Notes under the pieces: model-generated
Databases searched by the model: none
The model's input: only the letters and a program-made list of their open reading frames with translations
Told to the model about the DNA's origin: nothing
Program-made: the position numbers and the translations under genes
Assembly (NCBI RefSeq): GCF_000091665.1
Contig: NC_000909.1
Coordinates: 1,056,629 to 1,088,628, forward strand
Source of the DNA: Methanocaldococcus jannaschii DSM 2661
Lineage (GTDB): Archaea; AGJL01; Methanococci; Methanococcales; Methanocaldococcaceae
Length of the DNA stretch: 32,000 nt
Direction of reading: 5' to 3'
Shown: in pieces, positions 18,247 to 28,005 of the stretch
Layout of the letters: the number at the start of each line of letters is the position of its first letter
Position numbering within the stretch: the stretch's first letter is position 1

Positions 18247-18927
18247 TTAAAAAGATTTAAGTTTAATTATCAACTCTCCAAACAATTTTTCTTGAATCAA
18301 CTCTGCCTTTCCATCATTAGCTAAGTATAAAGAAGGGATAAAGTATCTAACCCTATCCTCTCTTGTTTTAAACTTTTCCTGATAAACTATAATTCCCTCT
18401 TTCATCAAATCATCTAACAACTCAGCTATTATATCGGAGATATCATCCTCTTCTATAAGCTCCTCTATAATTTCTTCAACCTCATTTGTCTTTTTCTCTC
18501 TATTCTTTCTGGATTTTTTAACCTTATTTAGCTCTTTTTCAATTGTTTTAATTAATTCATCAACAGTAACTGGTTTTTTACTTTTTTTATTTTTATCTTT
18601 ATCTTCTTTTTCTTTCTTTTTGCCTTTTTTAGGTTTCTCTTCTATATCATCATAATCATAATAATCATCGCAATAATCATAATCCTCTTCTTCCTCAACC
18701 TTACATTCGTCATATAAAGCTTCAGATTTCATTCTCAACAATATACCAGCAACAAGAATAACATCGGCAGATAATCGAATATCAAACTTCTTAAGCTCTT
18801 TAATCTTTTGTATATAGTAATCGGCAATTTCAGCAATATTAACATCCCAAGGATTTAGATTTTTCTTTTCAATCCCTTCTTTAATCATCCTAACCCAAAG
18901 AACAATGTCAAAGTTAGAATCAATCAT
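18247..18927 (-). CDS. ScpA/kleisin-like segregation and condensation protein with an acidic/basic low-complexity linker
   Basis: The N-terminus LNPWDVNIAEIADYYIQKIKELKKFDIRLSADVILVAGILLRMKSEALY matches the ScpA pattern. The central linker is EEEEDYDYCDDYYDYDDIEEKPKKGKKKEKEDKDKNKKSKK. Confidence 0.6.
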   Translation of the reverse strand: MIDSNFDIVLWVRMIKEGIEKKNLNPWDVNIAEIADYYIQKIKELKKFDIRLSADVILVAGILLRMKSEALYDECKVEEEEDYDYCDDYYDYDDIEEKPKKGKKKEKEDKDKNKKSKKPVTVDELIKTIEKELNKVKKSRKNREKKTNEVEEIIEELIEEDDISDIIAELLDDLMKEGIIVYQEKFKTREDRVRYFIPSLYLANDGKAELIQEKLFGELIIKLKSF

Positions 18928-18945
18928 TGCAATCCCCTAAATAAA

Positions 18946-19404
18946 CTATTTCTTTATCTTTTCAACAACCCTAATCCCAAAAATCTCAGCAGTTTTGTAC
19001 TGCCCATCCTCATCCTTTTCAGCAGATTTAACCATATCCCAAATTGTTAATAAAGCTATAGAGACACCAGTTAAAGCTTCCATCTCAATTCCTGTCTTAT
19101 AAGTAGTTTTTACTGAGCAGATTGCCTTTATCTTATCTTCAAATACCTCAAAATCAACATTAACTGAAGTTATTGGTAGAGGATGGCACATTGGAATTAG
19201 CTCATAAGTTTTTTTAACTGCCAAGATTCCAGCTATTTGTGCAGTTGTTAAGACATTTCCCTTTTTAATTTTTTGTTCTTTTATTAATTTAATTGTTTCT
19301 GGTTTTAATTTTATGTATCCTTCAGCAACACATATTCTCTCAACATCTTCTTTTTTAGAAATATCAACCATCTTAACGCCTTTATCATCAACATGAGTTA
19401 GCAT
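18946..19404 (-). CDS. moaC: Cyclic pyranopterin monophosphate synthase accessory protein MoaC
   Basis: [27 protein letters not shown] and TGIEMEALT are conserved MoaC blocks. 152 aa. Confidence 0.92.
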
Positions 19405-19475
19405 TTAATCACCACTACTTTATTAAACCAAATACTACAATTATACAATAACATTATAATCATTGCCGAATAAAC

Positions 19476-19575
19476 TATATAGAACTTTCGCAGGAATAAA
19501 ATGTTTTATTGAATATTGATGCCTAAAGGCATCCAAATACCTTTTTAAAAATATAAGTTGCGAAAGTTCTATATA
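19476..19575. repeat. MJRE-like palindromic element (copy D), upstream of elp3
   Basis: Perfect 17-bp inverted repeats: tatatagaactttcgca (19476-19492) and tgcgaaagttctatata (19559-19575). Central hairpin gatgcc-taaa-ggcatc (19518-19533). Confidence 0.88.
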
Positions 19576-19633
19576 TAAATCATTTTTATAAATATATTCA
19601 TATATGTAAGTTTAAAGTTTATTGGTGATTATC

Positions 19634-21247
19634 ATGGATGAAAAGGCAAAATTAATGAGATGCATCATTGAAAGAATCTTAGATGAATACAACAAAGGAA
19701 AAACCTTGGATAAAAAGAGAATTGAACAGATTAAGGCAGAGTGTTTAAGAATACATAGAATTGGTATTGGGCATCCATCAAACTCTGAGATTTTGCAGTA
19801 TGCAACTGAAGAGGAAAAGAAGATATTAATCCCAATATTAAGAAAGAAGCCTGTCAGGACAATCTCTGGTGTTGCTGTTGTAGCAGTGATGACATCTCCA
19901 GAAAAATGCCCTCATGGAAAATGTATCTTCTGCCCCGGAGGAGTTGGAAGTGTATTTGGAGATGTGCCACAAAGCTACACTGGAAGAGAGCCAGCCACTA
20001 TGAGAGGTTTGATGTTCAACTTCGACCCATATTTACAAACAAAGGCAAGGATTGAGCAGTTGGAAAAGGTAGGGCATCCAACAAATAAAATTGAATTAAT
20101 TATAATGGGAGGAACATTTCCAGCAAGAGATATAGAATATCAAGATTGGTTTATTAAGAGATGCTTAGATGCCATGAATGGCGTTGATGCAAGTAGCTTA
20201 GAGGAAGCCCAAAAGATAAATGAAACTGCAGAACATAGATGCGTAGCTCTCTGTATAGAAACAAGGCCAGATTATTGTGGAGAAAAGGAAATAAATCAGA
20301 TGCTAAAGTTGGGAGCTACAAGGGTAGAGTTGGGAGTTCAAACAATATATAATGAGATTTTAGAATTCTGTAAGAGAGGGCATACAGTTGAAGACACTAT
20401 AAAAGCCACCCAACTATTAAAGGATAGTGGTTTAAAGGTTTCTTATCATCTAATGCCTGGAATGCCTGGCTCAGATATGGAGATGGATAAAAAAATGTTT
20501 AAAGAAATCTTTGAAAACCCAGATTTCAAGCCGGATATGGTTAAAATCTATCCATGTTTGGTTATTGAAGGAACTGAACTCTATGAAATGTGGAAGAGAG
20601 GAGAGTATAAACCATACAGAGAGGAAGAGGCAATAGAGATAATTAGCTATGCAAAATCAATAATGCCAAAATGGGTTAGAACTTCAAGGATTCAGAGGGA
20701 CATTCCAGCTACTGTGATAGTTGATGGAGTTAAGAAGAGTAATTTGGGAGAGTTGGTTTATAAATACATGGAAAAGCATGGAATTAAATGTAAGTGTATA
20801 AGATGCAGAGAAGTTGGACATGTCATGTATAAAAAAGGAATAATGCCGGATATTGAGCATATAAAACTATGCAGAGAAGAATATGAGGCAAGTGGAGGAA
20901 CTGAGATATTCCTATCCTATGAAGATGTGAAAAACGATATCTTGATAGCATTTTTAAGATTGAGAGAGCCTTATAAACCATTTAGAAAAGAGATTGACGA
21001 TAACACAATGTTAGTTAGGCAACTCCATGTCTGTGGGCAAGAAAAACCATTAACTAAGGATTTGAAAGAAATAACTTGGCAACATAAAGGTTATGGAAGA
21101 AAACTTTTAGAAGAGGCAGAGAGAATAGCCAAAGAAGAATTTGGAAAGAAAAAGATTTTGGTGACAAGTGGTATTGGAGTTAGAGAATATTATAGAAAGT
21201 TAGGATATGAAAGAGTTGGGGCCTATATGGGTAAATACTTAGAATAG
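19634..21247 (+). CDS. elp3: Elp3-type radical SAM / GNAT tRNA uridine(34) modification enzyme
   Basis: The ATG at 19634 follows ggtga; the track start is TTG. It has the Elp3 Cys motif CPHGKCIFCPGG, a radical-SAM barrel, and a C-terminal GNAT domain (HKGYGRKLLEEAERIA). Confidence 0.92.
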   Translation: MDEKAKLMRCIIERILDEYNKGKTLDKKRIEQIKAECLRIHRIGIGHPSNSEILQYATEEEKKILIPILRKKPVRTISGVAVVAVMTSPEKCPHGKCIFCPGGVGSVFGDVPQSYTGREPATMRGLMFNFDPYLQTKARIEQLEKVGHPTNKIELIIMGGTFPARDIEYQDWFIKRCLDAMNGVDASSLEEAQKINETAEHRCVALCIETRPDYCGEKEINQMLKLGATRVELGVQTIYNEILEFCKRGHTVEDTIKATQLLKDSGLKVSYHLMPGMPGSDMEMDKKMFKEIFENPDFKPDMVKIYPCLVIEGTELYEMWKRGEYKPYREEEAIEIISYAKSIMPKWVRTSRIQRDIPATVIVDGVKKSNLGELVYKYMEKHGIKCKCIRCREVGHVMYKKGIMPDIEHIKLCREEYEASGGTEIFLSYEDVKNDILIAFLRLREPYKPFRKEIDDNTMLVRQLHVCGQEKPLTKDLKEITWQHKGYGRKLLEEAERIAKEEFGKKKILVTSGIGVREYYRKLGYERVGAYMGKYLE

Positions 21248-21338
21248 GACTTTCGCAGTTTATATGTTAAACTTTGGAACTTAGACACCTTTAGGGTGTC
21301 ATTATGCAATAAATAATTATTCCTGCGAAAGTCCTATT
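21243..21338. repeat. MJRE-like palindromic element (copy E), overlapping the elp3 stop codon
   Basis: Perfect 16-bp inverted repeats: aataggactttcgcag (21243-21258) and ctgcgaaagtcctatt (21323-21338). Central hairpin gacacc-tttag-ggtgtc (21284-21300). Its reverse complement aligns with copy D. Confidence 0.88.
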
Positions 21339-21385
21339 AGAATAATCAATCATCAAATCTTGTAATAATGAATAAGGTATTTATA

Positions 21386-21402
21386 AAAAGCCTTTGGCTT
21401 TT
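21386..21402. terminator. Short hairpin flanked by T/A runs between convergent genes
   Basis: aaaagcc-ttt-ggctttt is a 7-bp stem. It reads as hairpin plus T-run on both strands and overlaps the stop codon of the minus-strand membrane-protein gene. Confidence 0.3.
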
Positions 21403-21976
21403 ATATAAAGTTCATTAGAGAACAGATATTTATTTGATGATTGATTATAAATGCCACAATAAAAGGAAGATAGAGATTGTCATCTATTCTTATTTTCTTA
21501 CTTACAAATTCAATAAATGCTGAGATTAAAGCTACGAAAATCCCATAAGTTCCATAAAATGGATATAAAATTAATGAGGCAGAGATAAAAAATGCTAAAA
21601 ATCCCTCAACCGTTTTTCCAAAGTATTTTATTTTTAATTTTCCTCTAATGCCTATTATAGTAGCTAAAGAATCCCCAACAGCAAATACCAAGATGCCAAA
21701 AAATACAGCTTTTATATCATCAATTAAAATTAATGAGATTAACATACCAATAGCAAAGTATATCGCTCCTTTTCCATCCTCTTTTTCTCTTTTACAGAGA
21801 TTTAATAAATCTGATACTATTGGTATGTAATATCTTTTACATAAAAAATATAGGCAGATACCAATAACTATACTAACAATTAATGGAATTATTAATTGTT
21901 TTTTAAATATTAAAACTGAAAATGCTATTAAAACTCCAAAAACTAAATGGATTGTTTGTCTATAAATCTCTCTCAA
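21401..21976 (-). CDS. Integral membrane protein, polyprenol (dolichol) kinase / CTP-transferase-like
   Basis: About 6 predicted TM helices. The motif VGDSLATIIGIRGK...GKTVEGFLAFF resembles the CdsA/dolichol-kinase family. TTG start, with no early in-frame ATG. Confidence 0.5.
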   Translation of the reverse strand: MREIYRQTIHLVFGVLIAFSVLIFKKQLIIPLIVSIVIGICLYFLCKRYYIPIVSDLLNLCKREKEDGKGAIYFAIGMLISLILIDDIKAVFFGILVFAVGDSLATIIGIRGKLKIKYFGKTVEGFLAFFISASLILYPFYGTYGIFVALISAFIEFVSKKIRIDDNLYLPFIVAFIINHQINICSLMNFI

Positions 21977-22062
21977 AGTTTCAACCTTTTTAGTTTATAT
22001 TTAATATTGTTGTGAAAAGATATTAATATGTTTTATAACAAAAATGAATATTTGGTGATATT

Positions 22063-22587
22063 ATGAAGAGTGTCAAAAAACTCCTCCTATTAGCTTTTGC
22101 CGTATGTTTGGCAGTGGGTTTTTCTGGATGTTTGGAGCAGCCAAAGATTGAAGTAGTTGGGCAGAAAATTCAAAAAGTAGATGCAGATAACACAAAGATA
22201 GAAATTCAAGTGTTGGTTGATAATCCAAATCCTATTGGTATTAGCATAGATAAAATTTCATTTGATATTTATGCTTTAGTTGGTGGAGATAAGATATATT
22301 TAGGACACGGAGAGCAGAGTAACATTAAAATAACCTCTGGAAATACTACTTTCACTTTGCCAGTAACAATATCTAATAAAAAACTTGTTGAAGTAGCTTT
22401 AAAAGAAAAAAGCACAAAAATCCCTATTGAGATTAAGGGAGATATAGCAGTTAATTTATTCATAACAAAAGTAAATATTCCAATAGATATTCAGCAAGAG
22501 ATAGATGTTTCTGCAATAGCAAAAGAAGAGGTGTTAAATCAATTAAATAATTTAAATCCTAACCAAATACAATCAATAGCACAGTAA
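22063..22587 (+). CDS. Lipoprotein with a LEA_2 / WHy (LEA14-like) domain
   Basis: Signal peptide with a lipobox-like GFSGC. The pattern IEIQVLVDNPNPIGISIDKISFDIYA..GDKIYLGHG is characteristic of LEA type-2 beta-sandwich domains. A ggtga SD is present. Confidence 0.6.
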   Translation: MKSVKKLLLLAFAVCLAVGFSGCLEQPKIEVVGQKIQKVDADNTKIEIQVLVDNPNPIGISIDKISFDIYALVGGDKIYLGHGEQSNIKITSGNTTFTLPVTISNKKLVEVALKEKSTKIPIEIKGDIAVNLFITKVNIPIDIQQEIDVSAIAKEEVLNQLNNLNPNQIQSIAQ

Positions 22588-22590
22588 TTT

Positions 22591-22689
22591 TATAACTTTT
22601 TGCAGATATTTAGATATATAATGCACTGATGAACGCCTTTAGGGCGTTCAAATATCATTTTTAATTTTTAATAATCGTAAAAAACTATA
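22591..22689. repeat. MJRE-like palindromic element (copy F), between convergent genes
   Basis: Central hairpin tgaacgcc-tttag-ggcgttca (22630-22650) closely resembles that of copy C. The ends tataactttttgcag and cgtaaaaaactata are weaker inverted repeats (about 10/15). Confidence 0.7.
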
Positions 22690-22701
22690 ATTATTCTTTT
22701 T

Positions 22702-23400
22702 TCATTCTTTTTCTTCTTTTATAATTTCCACTCCATATCTAACAACATTATCTCTCATCAAATAATCCCTAAAATCACATATCTTATAGGCAGTTTCCAT
22801 AATCTTTTTTGCATACAACGGCTCAACCAACGTATTTAAAAAAGCTCTTAAATCATAAGGATTTTTTATCTGATATTTATTTTCAGCATCTGTAGATATA
22901 ACAACAGGCACATCAAACTTCTTAGCCAATTTTAAGTTGTTTCTAAAAAATAGCAAAGTTCTTGCCCTTTCATAGCCATCTTTATTTAAAAGAGTCTTAA
23001 AATTGAGTTCAATAGCAACTCTATGATTTGATGCCAATCTTGCCAATACATGGTCTATTCCACTATCTTTCCTTCCAAGTTCAGGAGTTGATAATATATC
23101 AACATCATGCAACTCAACTGCAGCCCTATTTATCTTTAAAACCCCTCCTTCAATCAATATAATGTGGCATTTATTTCTAAACTTTTTTACCTTATCCCTT
23201 AGTTGTTTAGAACTTTCTGTCTTTATTTTAACTCCAGAATATACCTTTAATTTATAACTCTCAGCTATTGCTTTAACCTCTTCATATCTATCTTTGCTGA
23301 ATTCATCATCATACTGATAAAAAACAAATCCATTCCATTTCAGTTCTTTAAGTAATTTTATATCCTCTTCCTTTTCTATTCTGTTTATATCGATTCTCAT
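22702..23400 (-). CDS. rnp3: RNase P protein component 3 (Rpp30 homologue)
   Basis: The block STPELGRKDSGIDHVLARLASNHRVAIELNF...YERARTLLFFRNN aligns with my memory of Pyrococcus Rpp30 (RKDPGIDHVLAKL...YERANLLRF). 232 aa. Confidence 0.75.
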   Translation of the reverse strand: MRIDINRIEKEEDIKLLKELKWNGFVFYQYDDEFSKDRYEEVKAIAESYKLKVYSGVKIKTESSKQLRDKVKKFRNKCHIILIEGGVLKINRAAVELHDVDILSTPELGRKDSGIDHVLARLASNHRVAIELNFKTLLNKDGYERARTLLFFRNNLKLAKKFDVPVVISTDAENKYQIKNPYDLRAFLNTLVEPLYAKKIMETAYKICDFRDYLMRDNVVRYGVEIIKEEKE

Positions 23401-23414
23401 GTTATCACAAAATT

Positions 23415-24101
23415 TTATTTAAATCTAACAACTTTGCTCTTATCTTTTTTATATATTCCAACTGCATCTATACTATTTTCCAATATTGCAAACGTAACAT
23501 CTTTCTCATAACCAAGATTCTTTAAATTCTCTGCAGATGACGAATTTAAAATCAAAGACATCCAATCATGTTTAGTTAATTCTAAAGCAGCCTTGATAAA
23601 TTCATCAAACTCTCCATTTAGATATTTAGCTATAACTCCACATCCAATAAAGTCATCTATTGCAAAGTTATTTTCTCTATGGCAGGGGACTAAGCTCACA
23701 TCTTCAAAATCTTCAACCGCCTTAGCAACATACTTTGCATTAACAATTGCCCCTATAAAAATATGCTCAGCATCTAAGCTTTTTAAAACCCTCGTTCCAT
23801 TTGTGGTTGTTAAAATCACCTTTTCTCCATTTTCATATCTTTCTTTTATAATATCTTTATTTGCTAAAATCTCAGTTGGGGAGTTTCCAAAATCAAATCC
23901 TTCTATCTTTCTTCCTTTTCTCTCTCCAATGTATATGGCATTTTCTTTTTTAGATGTTGATGTAGTTATATATACTTCATCTATAAATGATAGGAGTGTT
24001 GTTATTGTAGTAGATGCCCTTAAAACATCAACCACTATAGCTACATTTCCACATTTATATTCAGTAAATCTGTTACATAGAGTTATCATGCTATCAACCA
24101 T
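23415..24101 (-). CDS. comB: 2-phosphosulfolactate phosphatase (coenzyme M biosynthesis)
   Basis: The ComB motif VAIVVDVLRASTTITTLL is present. I place the start at the ATG at 24101 (or 24089), because the track's longer 5' extension overlaps the divergent neighbour. Confidence 0.8.
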   Translation of the reverse strand: MVDSMITLCNRFTEYKCGNVAIVVDVLRASTTITTLLSFIDEVYITTSTSKKENAIYIGERKGRKIEGFDFGNSPTEILANKDIIKERYENGEKVILTTTNGTRVLKSLDAEHIFIGAIVNAKYVAKAVEDFEDVSLVPCHRENNFAIDDFIGCGVIAKYLNGEFDEFIKAALELTKHDWMSLILNSSSAENLKNLGYEKDVTFAILENSIDAVGIYKKDKSKVVRFK

Positions 24102-24133
24102 TTTAATTTTTATAAATTTTTGGAATATCTGAG

Positions 24134-24778
24134 GTGATAAGCATCTTAGGATTAGATGGATTTTTACAACTTGTTGGAATGATAACAATAGCTATATTTG
24201 CACTGGCATTTATATCATTCATCCTAATTTTAATCATTAGCTATATATTACTAAAAAAGAATAAATTGATATTCCCAAGCTTGGCTTTATTTTTGATGGA
24301 TAACCTCTATTCAATACTATTGAAGATATTCCTCCTTATAGGAACTGAAGACACATTTTATAGGGTAGGTATAGAGTTCTACAATAAATATTATGAGGAT
24401 AGATTTAAAAAAGCTAAGAAGAGAGTTTTAATATTGCCCCATTGCCTCAGAGATACAAAATGCCCAGCTAAGCTAACGCCAAAGGGTGTTGAATGTATAT
24501 TTTGCAATAGATGTAGAGTAGGGGAAATTATAAAAGTTGCTGAAGAAAAGGGGTATAAAGTTTATATAGTTCCTGGTTCTACGTTTTTAAAGAGAATTTT
24601 AAAGGAAGAGAAGCCAGAAGCCGTTTTCGGTGTCGCATGCAATAGGGATTTATTCTATGGGATGAACATGTTATCAAGAAAAGGTATTCCTTCACAAGGA
24701 CAACCTTTATTAAGGGATGGTTGTATAAATACTTTGGTCGATGTTGATGAACTAATTACAAGATTAAAATCATTATAA
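24134..24778 (+). CDS. Cys-rich membrane-anchored protein (DUF116-like)
   Basis: An N-terminal TM helix, then LILPHCLRDTKCPAKLTPKGVECIFCNRCRVGE and GVACNRDL cysteine motifs. The start is uncertain: GTG at 24134 or ATG at 24179. Confidence 0.55.
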   Translation: MISILGLDGFLQLVGMITIAIFALAFISFILILIISYILLKKNKLIFPSLALFLMDNLYSILLKIFLLIGTEDTFYRVGIEFYNKYYEDRFKKAKKRVLILPHCLRDTKCPAKLTPKGVECIFCNRCRVGEIIKVAEEKGYKVYIVPGSTFLKRILKEEKPEAVFGVACNRDLFYGMNMLSRKGIPSQGQPLLRDGCINTLVDVDELITRLKSL

Positions 24779-24798
24779 TAATAAGAGGGTGAAAATAA

Positions 24799-25848
<1,050 letters not shown>

Positions 25849-25890
25849 ATTATTTTTAATTTTTAATTTTTCTTTTTAACTGAGGGTATA

Positions 25891-26976
25891 ATGACAATAA
25901 CTCAAATGATAAGTGAGATTTTAATGCACAATACTGTATATAATTATATTCTGTCTCTAATCTCAATTATTTTATTTATTGTTATTGGGAAATATGCAAA
26001 TGCACTTATCGAAAGACTTGCAGATAAATTGCATAAAAAGAGCGGTATAGAATTGGATGAACTTCTAATTAGGGCTTTATCTCTACCTGTAGCAATAGCA
26101 ATAATATTATCTGGATTTTACTTTGGAGTAAATTTTCTGTATCTTCTCCCCTCATTAAAAACAGCAGTAAATGAAGGGATTTTAACTGCCTTTATATTGT
26201 GTGTTGTTGTATTTTTTGACAGATTTCTTAATGAACTTGTAGAAAGGTATTTAGCCCTAACAATATCAAAAAAGACAAAAAAAGATGTTGATGACCAAAT
26301 TGTTGTTTTAACCAAAAAGCTCGTTAGATTAGTTGTGTGGGTTGTTGGATTGTTGTTAATTTTGAGCAATCTTGGGTATGATATAAAAACTTTACTTGCT
26401 GGTTTGGGTATTGGTGGTTTAGCTGTGGCTTTAGCGTCTCAAAATCTTGTTTCTAATTTAATCGCTGGTTTGATAATTTTAACTGATAAACCATTTAAGA
26501 TTGGAAATTGGATAACTTTCAGTGGTGGTAGTGGAATTGTTGAAGATATTGGAATAAGAAGCACAAAGATAAGGGCAACAGACAACTCAATAATCGTAGT
26601 TCCAAACTCAAAACTTATAGATGAAATTATTCAAAATGTTCCATCTAAAAATAAGTGGAAGGTTTCAACAACTATAGGAGTAACTTATAATACACCAGTT
26701 GAAAAAATAAGGAAGGCAGAGGAAATTATAAAAAATATCCTCTTAGAACATCCAAATGTAGAGGATGAACCAATAACAGTTTATTTTAAGGAATTTGGAG
26801 ATTGGAGTCTAAATATCCAAGTAGTTTATTATATTAAAAACAGCAGATATAATGGTTATCAAAAGTATATTAGCACGATAAATGAAGTTAATTTGAAAAT
26901 AAAAGAGGAATTTGATAGAAAAGGAATTGAATTTGCATTCCCAACTTATACATTATATTTAAAAAGAGACGATTAA
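25891..26976 (+). CDS. MscS-family mechanosensitive channel
   Basis: Several N-terminal TM helices. The pore helix plus beta-domain signature is GLGIGGLAVALASQNLVSNLIAGLIILTDKPFKIGNWI. 361 aa. Confidence 0.9.
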   Translation: MTITQMISEILMHNTVYNYILSLISIILFIVIGKYANALIERLADKLHKKSGIELDELLIRALSLPVAIAIILSGFYFGVNFLYLLPSLKTAVNEGILTAFILCVVVFFDRFLNELVERYLALTISKKTKKDVDDQIVVLTKKLVRLVVWVVGLLLILSNLGYDIKTLLAGLGIGGLAVALASQNLVSNLIAGLIILTDKPFKIGNWITFSGGSGIVEDIGIRSTKIRATDNSIIVVPNSKLIDEIIQNVPSKNKWKVSTTIGVTYNTPVEKIRKAEEIIKNILLEHPNVEDEPITVYFKEFGDWSLNIQVVYYIKNSRYNGYQKYISTINEVNLKIKEEFDRKGIEFAFPTYTLYLKRDD

Positions 26977-27944
26977 AGATTTTCAGTAGCTATTGCTACA
27001 GTAACCCCATTTCTCTTAAACTTTTTTAATATCAATTTTATGCTATCAAAATCTTTATTTGTTAATTTTTTGACAGCTAATATTGATGCTGGCTCAGAAA
27101 CTCCATAAACTCCTAAGTGCTTATATACAAACTCTGACTTTTCCAAATCTATTTTTTCATAAATTTCATTAATTTCTTCTCTTTTAAAAATAATTAGGGG
27201 TTTTTTAAATTTATTTACTGTTTCTAAAATTCCTCTTTCATGCTTTTTGTCTTCTATTGTGGCAAAGGCATCCACTCTCCAAACTGGAATATTTCTCAAA
27301 AATAAAGCTTTTTTTACCGCCCAATATACTTTATATCTTTCAATGCCTTTTCTCGCTCCTAAGCCAACAGCTATTTTTAAAGGTTTTAATCTTATGGAGT
27401 CATCAACCACAACCTCATACTTATCATGATAGCTAATTTTATAGCCATTCAAATTTCTTAATTTCCAATACTTTGGAAGGGTTAAGCTAACATCTTCCTC
27501 CAAAATCTTCTTATTTATATCTAAAATATGTTTTCTCTTAGGAGTTTCTAAAAATAGCATCTTGGAGAGTTCATCAATGCCAACTTTACCATTGACATCT
27601 GTTGCAGTTGTAAAAATAACTCTACCATTGATATTGTTAGCTATTAATTTGGAAAAATAATTTCCTCCACCTAAATGGTTTGATAGTATAGGGATGAGCT
27701 CTTTATTTTCATTGCAAATAATAACAAAAGGGTCTTTAAATTTATCATTTTTAATCTCATCCAAAAATTTTCTCAAAACTATTCCAGTTGCCATTATAAA
27801 TATAAAGCCCCCCTCATTTCTCTCTATCTTAAAATCTTTTATAGGCTCTACTTTATTATCATAGTGGTAATAATCTAAAACATCTTTAATTTCTTCAGCT
27901 ATTTTTTTTCCTCTCTTTGTAATATATACAATTTTAATCATCAT
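26973..27944 (-). CDS. cbiG: Cobalamin biosynthesis protein CbiG (cobalt-precorrin-5A hydrolase)
   Basis: The C-terminal CbiG block is IAVGLGARKGI...VDAFATIEDKKHERGILE...PLIIFKREEIN, and the N-terminal CbiG_N-like domain is present. Its stop overlaps the mscS stop by 4 nt. Confidence 0.8.
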   Translation of the reverse strand: MMIKIVYITKRGKKIAEEIKDVLDYYHYDNKVEPIKDFKIERNEGGFIFIMATGIVLRKFLDEIKNDKFKDPFVIICNENKELIPILSNHLGGGNYFSKLIANNINGRVIFTTATDVNGKVGIDELSKMLFLETPKRKHILDINKKILEEDVSLTLPKYWKLRNLNGYKISYHDKYEVVVDDSIRLKPLKIAVGLGARKGIERYKVYWAVKKALFLRNIPVWRVDAFATIEDKKHERGILETVNKFKKPLIIFKREEINEIYEKIDLEKSEFVYKHLGVYGVSEPASILAVKKLTNKDFDSIKLILKKFKRNGVTVAIATENL

Positions 27945-28005
27945 GAATCACACAAAAGTTTTTATTTAAGTTAATTAATAATATTATTTTATGAGGTGGA
28001 TATTT

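Noticed and set aside
23659-23671. A 13-mer, ttgcaaagttatt, identical to the left end of repeat copy B, found inside comB
   Set aside because: There is no inverted partner and no palindromic structure within 150 bp. It is probably a chance match in AT-rich sequence.
23593-24132. 179-aa plus-strand ORF in the six-frame track
   Set aside because: It lies entirely antisense to the well-supported comB gene. Its sequence is low-complexity and Ser/Ile/Phe-rich, as expected from the reverse frame of an AT-rich CDS. It has no SD and no recognisable motif.
24102-24188. Apparent 55-nt overlap of divergent ORFs (comB 5' extension against the DUF116-like gene)
   Set aside because: This is an artefact of taking the longest ORF. 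The conserved ComB sequence starts after the ATG at 24101 or 24089, which removes the overlap.
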